A stretch of 63,804 bases of DNA, filler included, from Octopus bimaculoides (GCF_001194135.2; 5 parts of 4 records of this genome joined end to end with filler, not necessarily neighbours in it), one strand, 5' to 3'; positions 1 through 14,236 are shown, numbered from the whole stretch's first letter. Notes: generated from the letters alone by a model not told the origin. Program-made: numbers and translations.

Positions 1-204
1 TATATATATATATATATATACATTTATATACATACATACATACATACATACATACATACATACACATACACATGCACACACATATATGTATATATAAGCT
101 ACTGAGACGTAAATACACCAACACTAGTTGTAAGAGGTGGTCGTGGACAAGTAAAAGCAAAAAGACTCACACAAAAAGACTCACCATCAAATTACGTTAC
201 TCAC

Positions 205-396
205 ACGTAAAGATTGCTGCCTCGCATGCCTTAAGACTATACCGACCGGTGATTAAGCTATTGACTCGGGCCAACATCCCAGCCCACCATGTACTGTTCC
301 TAACATATGAAATTGATATCGTTGAATATACTATGCCGCAACCTTCCACTAAAGTGTCACCAGCATCCTGCCAACATTCTGTCTGAAGATAAGGCC
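205..396 (-). CDS. Candidate orphan internal exon, product unknown (GPYLQTECWQDAGDTLVEGCGIVYSTISISYVRNSTWWAGMLARVNSLITGRYSLKACEAAIFT)
   Basis: Acceptor ttttcattattatcAG at 398-397 and donor GTGAGT at 204. 192 nt, open, phase 1-1. No partner exon or family recognised. Confidence 0.35.
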
Positions 397-1886
397 CTGA
401 TAATAATGAAAATAGTTGGTGATGATTTGATAGCATTTAATATTACGTCACCTAAGATAACGAATAGAATCGTAAACGTCTAGAATCCATCATGAATTTC
501 TCTCAAAATCGTCACACAGCTGTGGCTACTTGACTGGGAACTACAGCTGCTGCTACTTATTTTTGCTTATGGAGCAAGAGAGGAAGTGAGAGAGAGAGAG
601 AGAGTGAGAGACTATGAGATGACAGAGTGAGTATACATTATCCTTAAGGGGAGGGAGCCGCTTCATGGTTTATATTTTATCTTTTCTTTTTCTTCTCATC
701 TTGAAAGGTATTTTTCCTATTAGTGAAAGGGTATACGATGTTTCCGTATTTTCATAAAATCCATTTATTGGATATTCCTGTAGTTGTAGTAGTTATAGAT
801 AACGCCTTTTCTCCTTCATTCTGGGCTCGTCAATACAACATAACATGAGAACTTTAAATTAATCTATATCATTTGAAAGTTATAAGAATTAAATGCGATC
901 GATTTCTTTTCGGGATTTTTTGTTTATTTGTGTAGTTTTTGTTTTTTCGCTTTTAACGGTGGGGAAAGGAGCGAAGAGATAGAGGCAGGGAGAGGAAAGC
1001 CTCAGAGCCATTTAAAGTTAAAATTAAAATTAGGTTTAAACACGATCGATTTTTTTTTCTATTTTCATTATCTTTAACAGTGAAGAGAAGAAGAGGTAAA
1101 GAGATATATTGATAGGAGAAGAGAGAAAGTCACTTATGCATCTTAGTTTACGTCTTAGAAGTTTAGAAATGTCTTGTGTTACTTCTCTTGTTTATCTTCC
1201 AGTACGGATTCACCTTGTGTGAGGAGCTATAGACCCGTACATCTCATTAGATGTTTCTAACAGCTAATCAGATCAATGTGTTCCACGTGCACATGAAACT
1301 TGATGTCTCGTTGCCGAGACATCAGACTCGGCAACGATACACCAGTCTCGCGCCATTTCCGCTCTACCGGTCATTCACTACAACACGTGTCTGTGTTCGG
1401 AATCCCGCCTTCGCCGTAAACAGGAATTAAGTTTCTCTTTTCGCTCCTTTGCACCACATGGGCTCAACTTCCCTCCTCTCTTCATCTGACACCTACTTCC
1501 TCTCTTCACTCCTACCCACGTATCCTCTCTTGCTCTGACACCTACTTTCTCTCTTCATTCCTATCTACCTTCTCTCTTCATTCCTATCTACCTTCTCTCT
1601 TCATTGATACCCCCTCCACACACACCCCACATACCTTACCCCTACCCCCATACCTCTACATCACACCTACATCCACCTCCACATCACCACCACATCACCA
1701 CATCACCCAACCCCACTCCACACACACTAGCAATGACCACTTCCCAGCGCCCACACCACACACCATCAACTGCACACCCATACATAATCATCCGCACATC
1801 CACACGCTATCAGCTACACACCCACACATTACAGACGCACACACTTATACAGGCACACACCCACACGGCAAAGTCACTAGCCCCTA

Positions 1887-2048
1887 TCAACACACACACA
1901 CACATACACACATACACACATACACACATACACACATACGCACATACACACATACGCACATACACACATACACACATACACACATACACACATACGCACA
2001 TACGCACATACACACATACGCACGAGCATACACACATACGCACGAGCA
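1887..2048. repeat. (CACATA/CA)n compound microsatellite
   Basis: Direct reading. It explains the HT/CV-rich spurious ORFs. Confidence 0.9.
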
Positions 2049-2181
2049 CCTTCGTTTTGGGATCATCAGTACTTTTTTATCTCCCCTTCTTTCTATCTCT
2101 CCTGTCAAACCTTTTTTTCCAACCAGTAGCTATGCTTGAGCGCTAAATCCACAAGATTTTTTTTTTAATTCTCTCTCTGTA

Positions 2182-2225
<44 letters not shown>

Positions 2226-3382
2226 TACAGAAAACAAGAGACGAAGACAGGTGTAGGAACAACAAGCAGGCGTAGCAGTTTAACGCTCGGGAAGAATGGA
2301 AACGTCTTTTATGATATATATATCTTACGATATATATATTGAGATAAAGGAGGCAGTCAGAATTTTGGATAACCCTTTATTACCATTTTCGTTCATTTTT
2401 CGAACTCGTCAAGACAATATCAAAATCAAAATGTTAAAAACAGAACGTTTCGTTGTTCATTTATATGCATCGGATGATTTTTGCTTTGTTTAGAAGAGGA
2501 GAATATTGTTTCTATTATTTTGAAAAAAAGGGGGTGAGAGAGAAAGAAAAGCAAAGAGAACGAGAAATAGATAGAGAGGTTTCAGGGCAATCAAGAAAGA
2601 GGAGAAAAAATAATTATAAATGAAGGAGAAAGTAGAAAGAGAGAGGGGGGAGAGAGGTAGGTTTCTGTTCAATTTGATGTGGTCAATTCATTGAAATTTC
2701 ATTACAAAGCATTTTTCTTTGTATCTTTTTTTCTTTCTGTTTTATACCTATCAACATATTTGTAAATAAACACATTTTCTCACAAGGGTCGGTGACCTTT
2801 CAAAGATGTCAATTTTAGGAAGTAAGATGGAAGAAATAAGAAAAGAGGGAGAGTGCACTCATCACCGAAGAATAAAAAGAGTATAAAGTTCAAAATCCCA
2901 TGAAAATGTATATTCCTTTACACTGTCCCATATTCTGTATAATTCTATGTTTTGCATGAACAAACATTAAATGTTAGTACAATATTCATAAATTAGAAAA
3001 ATAAAATCAGAATATTAAAAAATTATTTGGCACTGTTTATAATTAAATCTATTCTCTATGTACATTTAATCAAACCTCATAATTGAGTCTTGTACATATA
3101 TCATATATTTAACTTGAAGCTACTCTTTAAGATATAAATTATATACCAAAGCAAGGTCTGCTTAATTTTTTTTTTTTTTTTTGGTATCTTTCATCCTTTT
3201 GTAGGATTTATTTTTATTTTTCTTATTGCTTAGATAAGAGAATTCGAAAAGACCTTTTCCACGAATTACTTTGCCAAATAGCGACATTAGATATCTTTCA
3301 TAATCAGTGGTAAAATAGTTCTAGTATTCTTTCTCGGGTGTGTGTAAGTTCTATAAGAATAACAGTTGTCAAAATCCCAGTG

Positions 3383-3484
<102 letters not shown>

Positions 3485-3530
3485 TCCTCGCAGAAATATC
3501 TAGGGAGTTTATCTACTTATCTCAAAGCTT

Positions 3531-6480
3531 GTGACAATTTTCACCACTTCAGATAAAACTGTGAATAATACTCAAACACAGGGTAATCTAACAACAGGAA
3601 CGAGCCTATCTAAAAGAAAAATTTACAAGAAAGACGGAAGAATTGATAAACAACAGCAAAATCCTTTGAAGCCACAACTCTGGAACGAGCTTTTAAATCA
3701 ACGTAAACATGCATATTGCAAAAGCGTTCGATGTAACAATATAGCCAACACCTACCAAAATTGGCGAAGCAAAGAAAACCCAATCCTTCCCAGAAAATTT
3801 CTTATTAAAAAAATAAGAGGCGAATCACTGGAAGAAATGACGACATGTGCAAACTTAGCTTTATGCCGACTGGAAGCGGAAATTTCTCTTCTTTATTCGC
3901 GAAAGACATGACACGAAGAGAAAGTCAAAACAATTGATGCAGTTATGTTTGTTGAAATCATCGAATGAAGTGACAAAGTGAATGACACTAAGCGGGAAGA
4001 AGACAAATCCATGAAAATGTGGGGAAAACATGAGTGGTTCACTATGAAAAAATAAACTATGGAGAAAAATTCCTTATGAAAACGAAACCATAACAACAAA
4101 AAAATACTAGGAAATCAAAAACAAAGACACTGGCCCCAGAGGAACCAGACTAAGGTATCGAACCTCTAGTTTTCCAAGAACATATACAGAGATGACCTTC
4201 ACCTCACCCCAAATGCCGACTAGAAACCCATACTCTGCAATACCGAAACATAACACTGCAATAAAGAAAGACATGGAATGTAGAAGATAACGTCAACACA
4301 TAATATCAAGCATACCAGATGGATGAACACATGGGGCAAAAGACAGGAAAGACAAGTAACATACAGACAACCGCCAACCCATAGTACCAAGTACCCTAGA
4401 TGGATGAATACATGGAAAGAAAGACAAGTAAAATATGGAAAACACAGAAACCATAATATTAATAATCATAGAAACTCACAATTTACGACCAACAATCCCA
4501 TACATCCTGAATGGCTCAATAAACATAGAAGATGGGAAGAAGGCAGAACCTATAGACAACGAAATGCATACAAAGAACATGAACCATCCCCTCACCTACG
4601 AGGGAACCAGAACCCCAGAAACAACAAAAAATTGGAAACACAATAATACAATTTCTTTTATAGGGAGAAAATACCACAATCGCGCACCAGACCCGACGCA
4701 ATAGAAAACTTTAATGAGCGCGCAGAACGAATAGACCCGAAGATCATAAATTCTTCAAATAGAAACTTCAACAAGAGTGACATGAATCTCCTATTGAAAG
4801 GTTTCAAATTGACACCGACATTCACCCCTAATCTAAAAAGCTGATATTGAGCATTTTAACCACCACCTCCGGCTTATAGAATTCTTCGGCAATAAGGATA
4901 TAAATGATGAATCAATTGTCAGAAATAAATCCCACTTCATGCTCTACAAGATGAATGACAAACATTTAGACACAATTTTGAAAGTTCTCCTGAGTACCCG
5001 TAAATGTAAACAAAACCTTCGTGAAGAAGAAAAGGAAGCCTTACTAACATTGAAGAATGACAATTCAATCATCGTAAAAGAAGCCGGTAAGGGAGGGGTG
5101 ATAGTAATCATGGACAAAGACTACTATAAAGATAAAATATTGGAAATTCTAACTGACCAAACCTACTACAAGGAAGAACCAAGACACCAGGAAAAAGCAA
5201 TAATGAATAAAATCAAAGGAGAAAGATTATTTATGCAACTCTGTAATCAAAGAGAGCAATTTCAACGGGTTACCAAAAATCCACAAAAGCCCTGAAATAC
5301 AGAGAGCCATAAATGAGCAGAGGAAGCAATACATAAAAATACTAAGGCCTACTGACCTCAAACTGAGTCCAATAGTTGCTGTACCTCAAGCACTAACACA
5401 ACAACTGAGTAATTTTGGGGGACATACTCCTAAAACCTTTATGCTCATTAATACCCAGCTATATACTGGACGGCATAGATCTCCAGCACATTCCACCCAC
5501 TGTCCCAGAAGGCACTATGCTTACAAACTTTGATGTCACCAATCTTTGTACCAATATACCTCACACTTTGGGCCTGGAAGCCATCAAGCACTGGGTAGAG
5601 AAACATAGAGGACGGATAACTGAACGCTTCAAAACTGACTTCATCACCAAGGCCACACGCCTGTTACTAGAAAAAACACCTTTAGATTCGGTAATAAAAC
5701 ATATCGACAGATAAAGGGCACGACTTTGTGGACGCGGTTTGCACCCTCATACGTTTACCTAGTCCTGGGATATTTGGAAGAAAAACTTTATGAGAGAAGT
5801 AGAGTAAGCTCTTAATCAGGATTACAAGAAATACATCATTAAAAAGTGGAAACTGCTTCACCTTTTGGGACATGTCAAATGAGGACCTACAAATATTTTA
5901 TGATATACTCAACACACTTCACCCACCCATCAACTTCACGACAGAATCCAGTTGCAATGAATAGCCATTCCTGGATATTCACATAAAAATACACAACAGA
6001 CATATTTTACAAAACAACCGACACGCACCAATATTTGAATTTCTACTCTTGCCATCCCTCACACATCAAAAGCAACATCCTATACAGCATGGCAAGACTT
6101 AACTGCACTAGAGTGATTGACCCACAATACAACAAATCCGACTCAACGAACTCAAAGACTTCCTAACAAAGCAGAAATACCTCCTTAGTCGTAATAAACG
6201 TGTGAATTAAAAAGTCAATGAAGCTGAGCATCGCACAACTAAGGAAAAAATTAATGAACACACGGTTCCATTTATAAACACACACAATCCTGAGGTAGCC
6301 AACATCATAAAATCAAACTTACCTATATTTCTACAAAACCCCAAAATGAAAGATCTGGTTGCTGAAAACCCCTAGACGCTAACCAAAGAATCTCAAAAAA
6401 CACTTCACAGGAGAATGAATCAGAGAATGAATCAGAATTCTCCATAAAAGAATGTGGAGACAGCAGATGTAGGTCCTCAT
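3531..6480 (+). mobile_element. Decayed Penelope-like retroelement (RT, start of C-terminal GIY-YIG linker), Neptune-like by inference
   Basis: Broken frames give NLREEEKEALLTLKNDNSIIVKEAGKGGVIVIMDKDYY (PLE NL..E..AL..L..D..I.I..ADKG), LTNFDVTNLCTNIP (DVxSLYTNIP), QIKGTTLWTRFAPSY (GxAMG motif), KTTDTHQYLNFYSCHPSHIK, and KECGDSRC at ~6447-6470. Many stops and frameshifts. Confidence 0.85.
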
Positions 6481-7823
6481 TTCACTTGTCTCAAAAGATG
6501 AAGCAGTTTCCATAACAACTTTAAATACTTAGAAAGTGTTTCCCACATAAAATTCAAGAGCGGATTCTCGTTCATATATATATGTAAGTATGTATGTATG
6601 TATATGTATGTATGTATATATATACATATATATATATATATNNNNNNNNNNNNNNNNNNNNNNNNNNNNNNNNNNNNNNNNNNNNNNNNNNNNNNNNNNN
6701 NNNNNNNNNNNNNNNNNNNNNNNNNNNNNNNNNNNNNNNNNNNNNNNNNNNNNNNNNNNNNNNNNNNNNNNNNNNNNNNNNNNNNNNNNNNNNNNNNNNN
6801 NNNNNNNNNNNNNNNNNNNNNNNNNNNNNNNNNNNNNNNNNNNNNNNNNNNNNNNNNNNNNNNNNNNNNNNNNNNNNNNNNNNNNNNNNNNNNNNNNNNN
6901 NNNNNNNNNNNNNNNNNNNNNNNNNNNNNNNNNNNNNNNNNNNNNNNNNNNNNNNNNNNNNNNNNNNNNNNNNNNNNNNNNNNNNNNNNNNNNNNNNNNN
7001 NNNNNNNNNNNNNNNNNNNNNNNNNNNNNNNNNNNNNNNNNNNNNNNNNNNNNNNNNNNNNNNNNNNNNNNNNNNNNNNNNNNNNNNNNNNNNNNNNNNN
7101 NNNNNNNNNNNNNNNNNNNNNNNNNNNNNNNNNNNNNNNNNNNNNNNNNNNNNNNNNNNNNNNNNNNNNNNNNNNNNNNNNNNNNNNNNNNNNNNNNNNN
7201 NNNNNNNNNNNNNNNNNNNNNNNNNNNNNNNNNNNNNATATATCAAGAAAATAAGACAAGGTAGAAAATACTAAAATAATTTTATCATGAAATACATTTT
7301 GTAAACGTTAGTACCGGTTTCAGTCTTTTCCACTTTTTCAACTAAGAGTAAAACAAGAAAAACAACTAAATTGAAGAAAATATTAAATGAAATGTGTTGG
7401 AACATATCTCTCTTCACCTCCTGTCTCTATGATTCTTTTTCACTGTGCATATGTAGCGCTGGACAAGCCTTGTATGTGCAATCATACTGCACCTGTTATG
7501 TTAACTCTCTCTCTATCTTTTTTGCAGAGGACAAACAGACAGATACATAGAAGGTAGGTGGGTGGGTGTGATCTTCCGCAATATGAAATCAACGTGCGGA
7601 GTAATTTTATTTTCGATTTCCTTTATAGTCTTTGGATATTGTTTGCTTAATTTTATTTTAATTAATATTTCTTTTGTAGAAAATTAGTATTCATTTCATC
7701 ATTTTTGCATAAATACCATGAAACTTGATAAAAATTTAATTTACAGTTATTGTATTATGCTATATTCCCTGATATTACCCATGATGGGTAAAGCAAGCCT
7801 TCAGTATTTCCCGTAACATTCTA

Positions 7824-7950
7824 CAGGGTGTCCACAAAGTCTGGGTACATGGGGATTAACACATACTTTAAGAAATTATTATTTCTTATATTTAATTGGT
7901 TATGTTATGATTTTATTTACTCCATGTACCCAGACTTTGTGGACACCCTG
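7824..7950. mobile_element. Tc1/mariner-type MITE, 127 bp
   Basis: Perfect 29-bp TIRs cagggtgtccacaaagtctgggtacatgg, flanked by TA on both sides (7822-7823, 7951-7952). Confidence 0.9.
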
Positions 7951-7994
7951 TAGTATATATATAGGAGGAGAGAGAGGCGGGTGGATAGCTAGCT

Positions 7995-8001
7995 AGCTAG
8001 C

Positions 8002-8071
<70 letters not shown>

Positions 8072-8211
8072 TTGAACATTTTTACATGCGATAAGTTAAT
8101 ATAAAGATTCTGGTGTATTTAGATTTCGTTAAGCTTTTAATGTGAAGTCTTCAAACTTAAATCAGTTGATTGCGACTTCTCTCTCTCCCTCCCTCTCTCT
8201 CTCTCTATCTA

Positions 8212-8302
<91 letters not shown>
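7995..8302. repeat. (GATA)n and (CT)n microsatellites
   Basis: Direct reading. Confidence 0.9.
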
Positions 8303-8399
8303 TAATTGTATGTATGAAAGTGTTTGTTCACTTCTATACGAGGTTCTGAAGCGACAGATGTAACTCCGGGCCAATTTTCTTATTTTTAAAATATGTTCA

Positions 8400-9790
8400 C
8401 AGAAATTCTAAAATATATTCACAGATCGTCAAAAATTAATTATGACAAAAGCATTTAGAGCTGAAAGAAAATTATCAAATTTCATTTTTGATAATGAAGT
8501 TGTTTTCGAGTTAATAAGTTCCATTCGTATGTTACCAGGCGTTTTCATGATGTTATTTATTCATTTATGTAATATTCACTAAGTTCCTTATAATACAAGT
8601 ATACAACATAGCAAATTAATGAAATGACTTTCAAGTTAAAGTAACCTGATTGTTTAACATATTTTGTAAAGTTGCCATTATCCCCAGCACATTCACTTCG
8701 CTCCTTTGAGGAAATTGGCTCAAATTATTTTCTGGCTAACAGATGAGCAGTTTTAATTTCATCTTGACGGTGCTAATATCATTTACTAAGCCAGACAACA
8801 GTTTGTCCCTCTGCTGCAGTTTCCTATTTAGATCATTGAATTGGCTGGTCACGTCAACTGAAAATGCTAAATCAAACAGTCAATTGTTATTACATTTTCA
8901 GATGGTCCTTTGCAAGAACTCAATTTTTCTATTCAAGAAAATTATTAACAGTACTTTTCAATTTCCCAAGTTCTATTCAGAACCTGTCCTTTAGAATTCC
9001 AGTGCACAACAACAATCGAGGTTAAGATTGCCATATTCCAAATCTAATATACTACAATGTTCTCTGAATTCTTCTGTTTAGTACACTTGTTCAAAATTTA
9101 TTCCTGTATTTCATAACTGTTGATATAAAATGCTGCATGTTTGAAGTTTTTCTCCCCAACAACTCGTGGTGTACGTTTATATTTTGATAATGAACTAAGG
9201 GATTTTCATACGAAGTTGTACTCCCAACGGCTTTACTGATTAGCACCAGTGTAAATACTTATGACTTTAATAAAATCTACTTCTAGATTTTCAAGATGCG
9301 CCTTTAATCATCTTATCTGATCCTCTTGTTTTTCCGTGAAGCGACTTCAAAGATACTGAAGATGTCATCAAATTCTATTATAAAATTGACAGAAGATTCG
9401 TTCAAAGCTAAAGAGAACAAAGAATAAGCATTGAAAAATATTTCAGTTGCTCAAATACCTCACAAGAGAGTTCTTTGATGTGTCTCGTAACTTTGCTTTG
9501 ACAGCAATTTTGTCTGCTTTTCTTTGGATATTTTTATCACCAAGACATCTTGCTGCAAATATTTGGAGACAAGGATTTTTGTACTGATAACACTAAAGTA
9601 ATTTTATAGAACGCTTCTTTTATCGCCAAACTTTCACGACTTCTTTCAAAAAATATACATTTTACATTCGCTTAATTGCATCCCTTTTCTTAGCTATGTA
9701 TTTTTTCTTTCTTTTTGTTATATAGGCATAAACCCTAACTTCAATTTTCCATTTTTTTATGTTGTCTTGCTGTTTTTTAGCGTCCATTGA
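8400..9790 (-). mobile_element. Decayed hAT transposase (SPIN/Buster, GTF2IRD2-like)
   Basis: Minus-strand remnants IKELSCEVFEQLK, FSLALNES (~9394-9417), GKTRGSD, KGQVLNR and LFDLAFSVDVTSQFNDLNRKLQQRDKLL (~8790-8880), in the order expected for this family. Many stops; TIRs not located. Confidence 0.75.
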
Positions 9791-11174
9791 GATCATGTCT
9801 CCTATTATGTGAGAAACTATTTTTACAAACAATACACAATAGTTTTCCGGAGCGAATCGCTATAGATATGAATTCATTTTCCCGCTTTTCATTATTTCAA
9901 GTTATCACCTCTTCTTTCTTTTTTTCCGTTTTTCGTTTTTTCTTTTAGTGAAGAGATTAGGTGGTTCTTTATTTTTTATTCTTTTTATTTTAGTGGGGAG
10001 ATTATCGGTGGTTCTATTTTTTTTTCTTTCTTAATTGTTAATGGTGGGTAGAGTAAAATACGGGTCTTAATTTTCGAAAAAGTACAAACCCGAAAATGCT
10101 CCACGTAAAGCTGAGCCAAGCAGAACTCTTTTGAAGTAGGAGCGACAACTGTAAACTGACTGACAAAAGCTGTGATGTACCCTCCTTAAGATCAAATAAA
10201 TAGCAAACGCCTATTGAACAATAACGGGCGAGTGCCCGTCGCTAAGGGGATGCCATGGATGACACTGTCACGTCACTGTTTAATGTGGAGGCGCGAGACT
10301 TAGTGGTTAGGGTGTCTGTTTGTATGCATATATGTGGGAGATTATATGTGAATGCATGCGTGTGTATCTGTGCGTGTAGAATCGTGTTTGTATGTGTGTA
10401 TGTGGAGTCGTGTATGCGTGTATGTGTGAGATTATGTGAATGCATGCGTGTGTATGTGTGTGTAGAGTTGTGCGTGTATGTGTGTGTGTAAATTCATATA
10501 TGCAAATATATGTATATATGTATGTATATGCTTATATGTGTGTATATGTATACATTATTATATATATAAGATGTATATATAATTACTTGTAACTACAATA
10601 TGAATAGCATTCTAGTCATGAGAGCAATAATAAATTCTTTTGAGTAACTAATATTAATAACAACAACGACAACAATACGTTTCTTTTTGTTATTTTCCAA
10701 TTATTGATAACAACAAAAACAATGATTAGTAACATTAATATTTCGAAGTTGATGACAACGGTGGTGACGACAACGACGACGACGATGACAGCAACGGATT
10801 GATAATGGAAAGGAAACGAAAGAGTAGGGCAAAGGGGAAATAATTAGGAGTGACTAAAAGTAGAAAGTGTAATGTGAAATATGCGAAAAACTTAACCAAT
10901 GGCACACCCTGTAATATATTCTACATCTGCTTTCAAGAGATACAACGGCGACTAAGCTTTTGTTTGTAACAAATATAAAACAAAATTTAATGACAATTTC
11001 TTTAACAATGAATTTACAATAATACCTTGGTAGAATTCTACACATACTATATATAAAAATGTATTTTGTCTAATTAATTCCCATATAGGTCAGGTAATTC
11101 TTTATTGGATTTGGAAAATTTAATTAGCAGAGATTTGCGTTATGTATGTTTTATTAGCGTTTTAAGACTGTATA

Positions 11175-11460
11175 GTAGTAGTTCTCAACTAGGTGTGTGA
11201 ACCCTGGGGGTCCGTATAAGATTTTTGGCTGCCACACAAAGAAAATAATACACTGGGAATCCACAGAAGCATTTTGCGGTTTCATGAAAAAATTGCTTTA
11301 GATATATTTGTAAGAAATACCTTGGTTTCTTTCGCCAATGTTTTATATTGTTTAACACATTTCCGGCCACTGGGACGTGGTCTTTCAGAGAGAACTATTA
11401 AAAACCAGTGAATGCGTGGAAAACAAAATAGGAATTTTTAAAGATGTACCAACAAAACTA
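11175..11460 (+). mobile_element. Non-autonomous hAT-like element, left end
   Basis: Begins tagttctcaactagg...ccctgggggtccgtataagattt, similar to the left ends at 30149 and 49293. Confidence 0.5.
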
Positions 11461-12089
11461 ATTTTTAAATATTGAATTGCAAACTAGTAATCAAAGGTGA
11501 TTCATAAGTAAAACGTAATTCAGAACCACCGCTCTGTAACATTTTGCCTCACTCTCAAACGAATCTCTTATTTCTAGCTAAAGAAATAATTGCGTCTAAC
11601 TGTGAGTTACAAACTTGAGATCTGAGGTGAAATGGATAACTGTGATTAAATTGAATACATACTAATTTATCAATCACGGAAGGGTAAAACTTGGAGGTGT
11701 TTTCGACGAGAATTCAACTTAATTTAGATATATCCAGACAAAAGTAAAAGATATAATAGTTAACATGCGTCATTTCTATTCATAACAATAATAACCTTTG
11801 TTGTTTGAAACTGTAGATTTCGTTACTAAATGCTATGCAAGAATTAATTTGGCTTCATTTTGTTCTAAACTATTATTTCTTGGACTGAGCAAATAATTAC
11901 CAGTAATTCGCTTCGGTATGACCCATCCGACAGAAGCTCTTGTATGTAGCATCGTAAGTAATTAAGTAATTAATACACGTTGTAATTAAATTACAATGCG
12001 AATTTTACATTACTAAACTTGTCTTTCTAGTATCATCATACTTCATATTTGAAAAGGGCGCACCACTTACACATGATCGTATAAACATA

Positions 12090-12137
<48 letters not shown>

Positions 12138-13019
12138 CATATACATATACATATATATATGCGTGTATATATATGTTATATCATATATATACGTATATGT
12201 ATGTGTATGTATGTATATATATTATATATTATATAAATATATCATATATATATATATATATATAAGTGTGTGGGGGTGTATATACATACATAAATACATA
12301 CATACCTACACACACACACATCTAATTGTATGCTTAGGTATGTATTTATACAAACACATAGACACGTAAGTTAAATGCACGTGTATATGTAGTTATACAC
12401 ACACGCACATACACATATATACACTCATACATGTATGTGTACGATTTCAAATGAATGCATGTATCTACATATATGTATACATGTACGTAAATATCCAATT
12501 ACCTATGCATATATTTACATGCATACATACGTGCATGAACACATTCTGTACCCCTCTCTCTCTCACTCACTCACTTCTTTTATCTCACACGCGTGCGTAA
12601 TTACTTATACATGAAAATAAAACTTTGTCATTGTTGAAGCACCTTTATATATTCATATTTTTAAAGAATGCATCATCACAATGAGTACACAAACACACAC
12701 ATGCATACATACATACACACATACATATATATATTACATTATATAATAGGTATTATACATTATATTATATTATAGGTATTATATATTATATTATATTATA
12801 TTACATTATATTATAGTAAATAAATGCAGTTATATCACACACACGCATGGTGCACATACGTGATAATATTCAAAACCATTAGGCAATTGAGAACAAATCA
12901 AAGCAATGAAAAACACCAAATTGGAAAAAAAATACTCGGTCCCAGAATAAAGACACACACCTTCAACCAGATACATCAAAGAAACGGCTTATTCAATAAA
13001 CTCACAACACCAGCAACGA

Positions 13020-13610
13020 CCCCTATTCAGCAACCGAAGCGACAGCTTGCTGCATCAGAGAGTTCTCATCCATGTTGCACTCAACGCTTACGGTGGCCCC
13101 TTTCAACACGCCCTTGGCACTGTGGGATACCTGATCGGCCTCCACCAATGTCTTGCAGACGTAGTTGTCCAGGCAATTTAAGCCAAGAGATTTAAGAGAC
13201 CATCTGTTGCTGTGGATCACGTGATTACATGGGTATCCTGGGCTTTACCGGACATGAACTGCTCTCCTGTCAAAACATAGGACAAGTGCATGATATTTTC
13301 GTACACCATACGTCTGATGGTGCAGTTCGCCACATTGCCCTTCTCGGCGATAGCTCACGTTGGCCTGATGGAGTTGTCATTCAAGATGTCCTGAAGTTGC
13401 TTGAAGAAGTCAGTCATTTTAATGACATCCGACCACAGGAATGTTTTTTTACCATTGACCACGGATGACAAGTCCCCACCAGAGACTTTCAGTTCTTTCT
13501 AAACTCTGAAAATGAAAGAATTGGTTACGTTCAAGAAAAAGGTGATCTCCGATTCACTGTGGTTGGTAGTTAGAGCCATGAACTCGGTGTACCTTTTCAA
13601 TTTCTGTTTC
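13020..13610 (-). mobile_element. Internally deleted Tc1/mariner transposase remnant, maT/DD37D-like
   Basis: Minus strand: ESEITFFLNVTNSFIFRV...SDVIKMTDFFKQLQDILNDNS...IAEKGNVANCTIRRMVYENIMHLSY (HTH region), joined to LGLNCLDNYVCKTLVEADQVSHSAKGVLKGATVSVECNMDEN (SPDLNPLDY-like C-terminus). In-frame stops present. Confidence 0.7.
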
Positions 13611-14096
13611 AGATTGGAATCTTCTCTGTTGATACTGTCGATATGTCTGGGGGAAAAAATCAGAAAGTTAAAATTTGGCGCTTGACATATAATATTTAAT
13701 TAATTCAGGGATTCTGCAAATGATAAGTATTAACCCGACCACCTACTACGGATACCAGCAGGATGTGAGGGAAATTTTGGAGCCTTCTCAGCATTGAGAG
13801 GACGAAATAGAATTTACATCCATATAATTCTTTTTCTATAGGCCTCTAATAATGGCTACATAAAAATCATCTTCATTCTGTAAAAACCACGGGGTTACCT
13901 TAGCAGAGTCTGGGTGCTATGGGCGAAAATCCGCCGCGTTTGTCATCCATTTATGGCCCACTTAAGTTGTGTTCGCAAATATTCGGCGAAACCAGTTTAT
14001 GTTCGTGGGGTGTATGTATGTTTGTATACGCGTGTGTGTATGTATATGTATGTATGTATGTGTGTGTGTGTATTTAGACAGACATACATACATGCA

Positions 14097-14101
14097 TACA
14101 T

Positions 14102-14140
<39 letters not shown>

Positions 14141-14171
14141 CGCAGACACACAGACAGACAAACAGAAACAC

Positions 14172-14236
<65 letters not shown>
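14097..14236. repeat. (GACA)n-(GATA)n microsatellite
   Basis: Direct reading. Confidence 0.9.

Noticed and set aside
10224-10245. Helitron 3' end (acgggc-gagt-gcccgt hairpin then CTAA)
   Set aside because: Spacing to CTRR is too short, it is not followed by T, and no 5' end or Rep/helicase remnant is seen.
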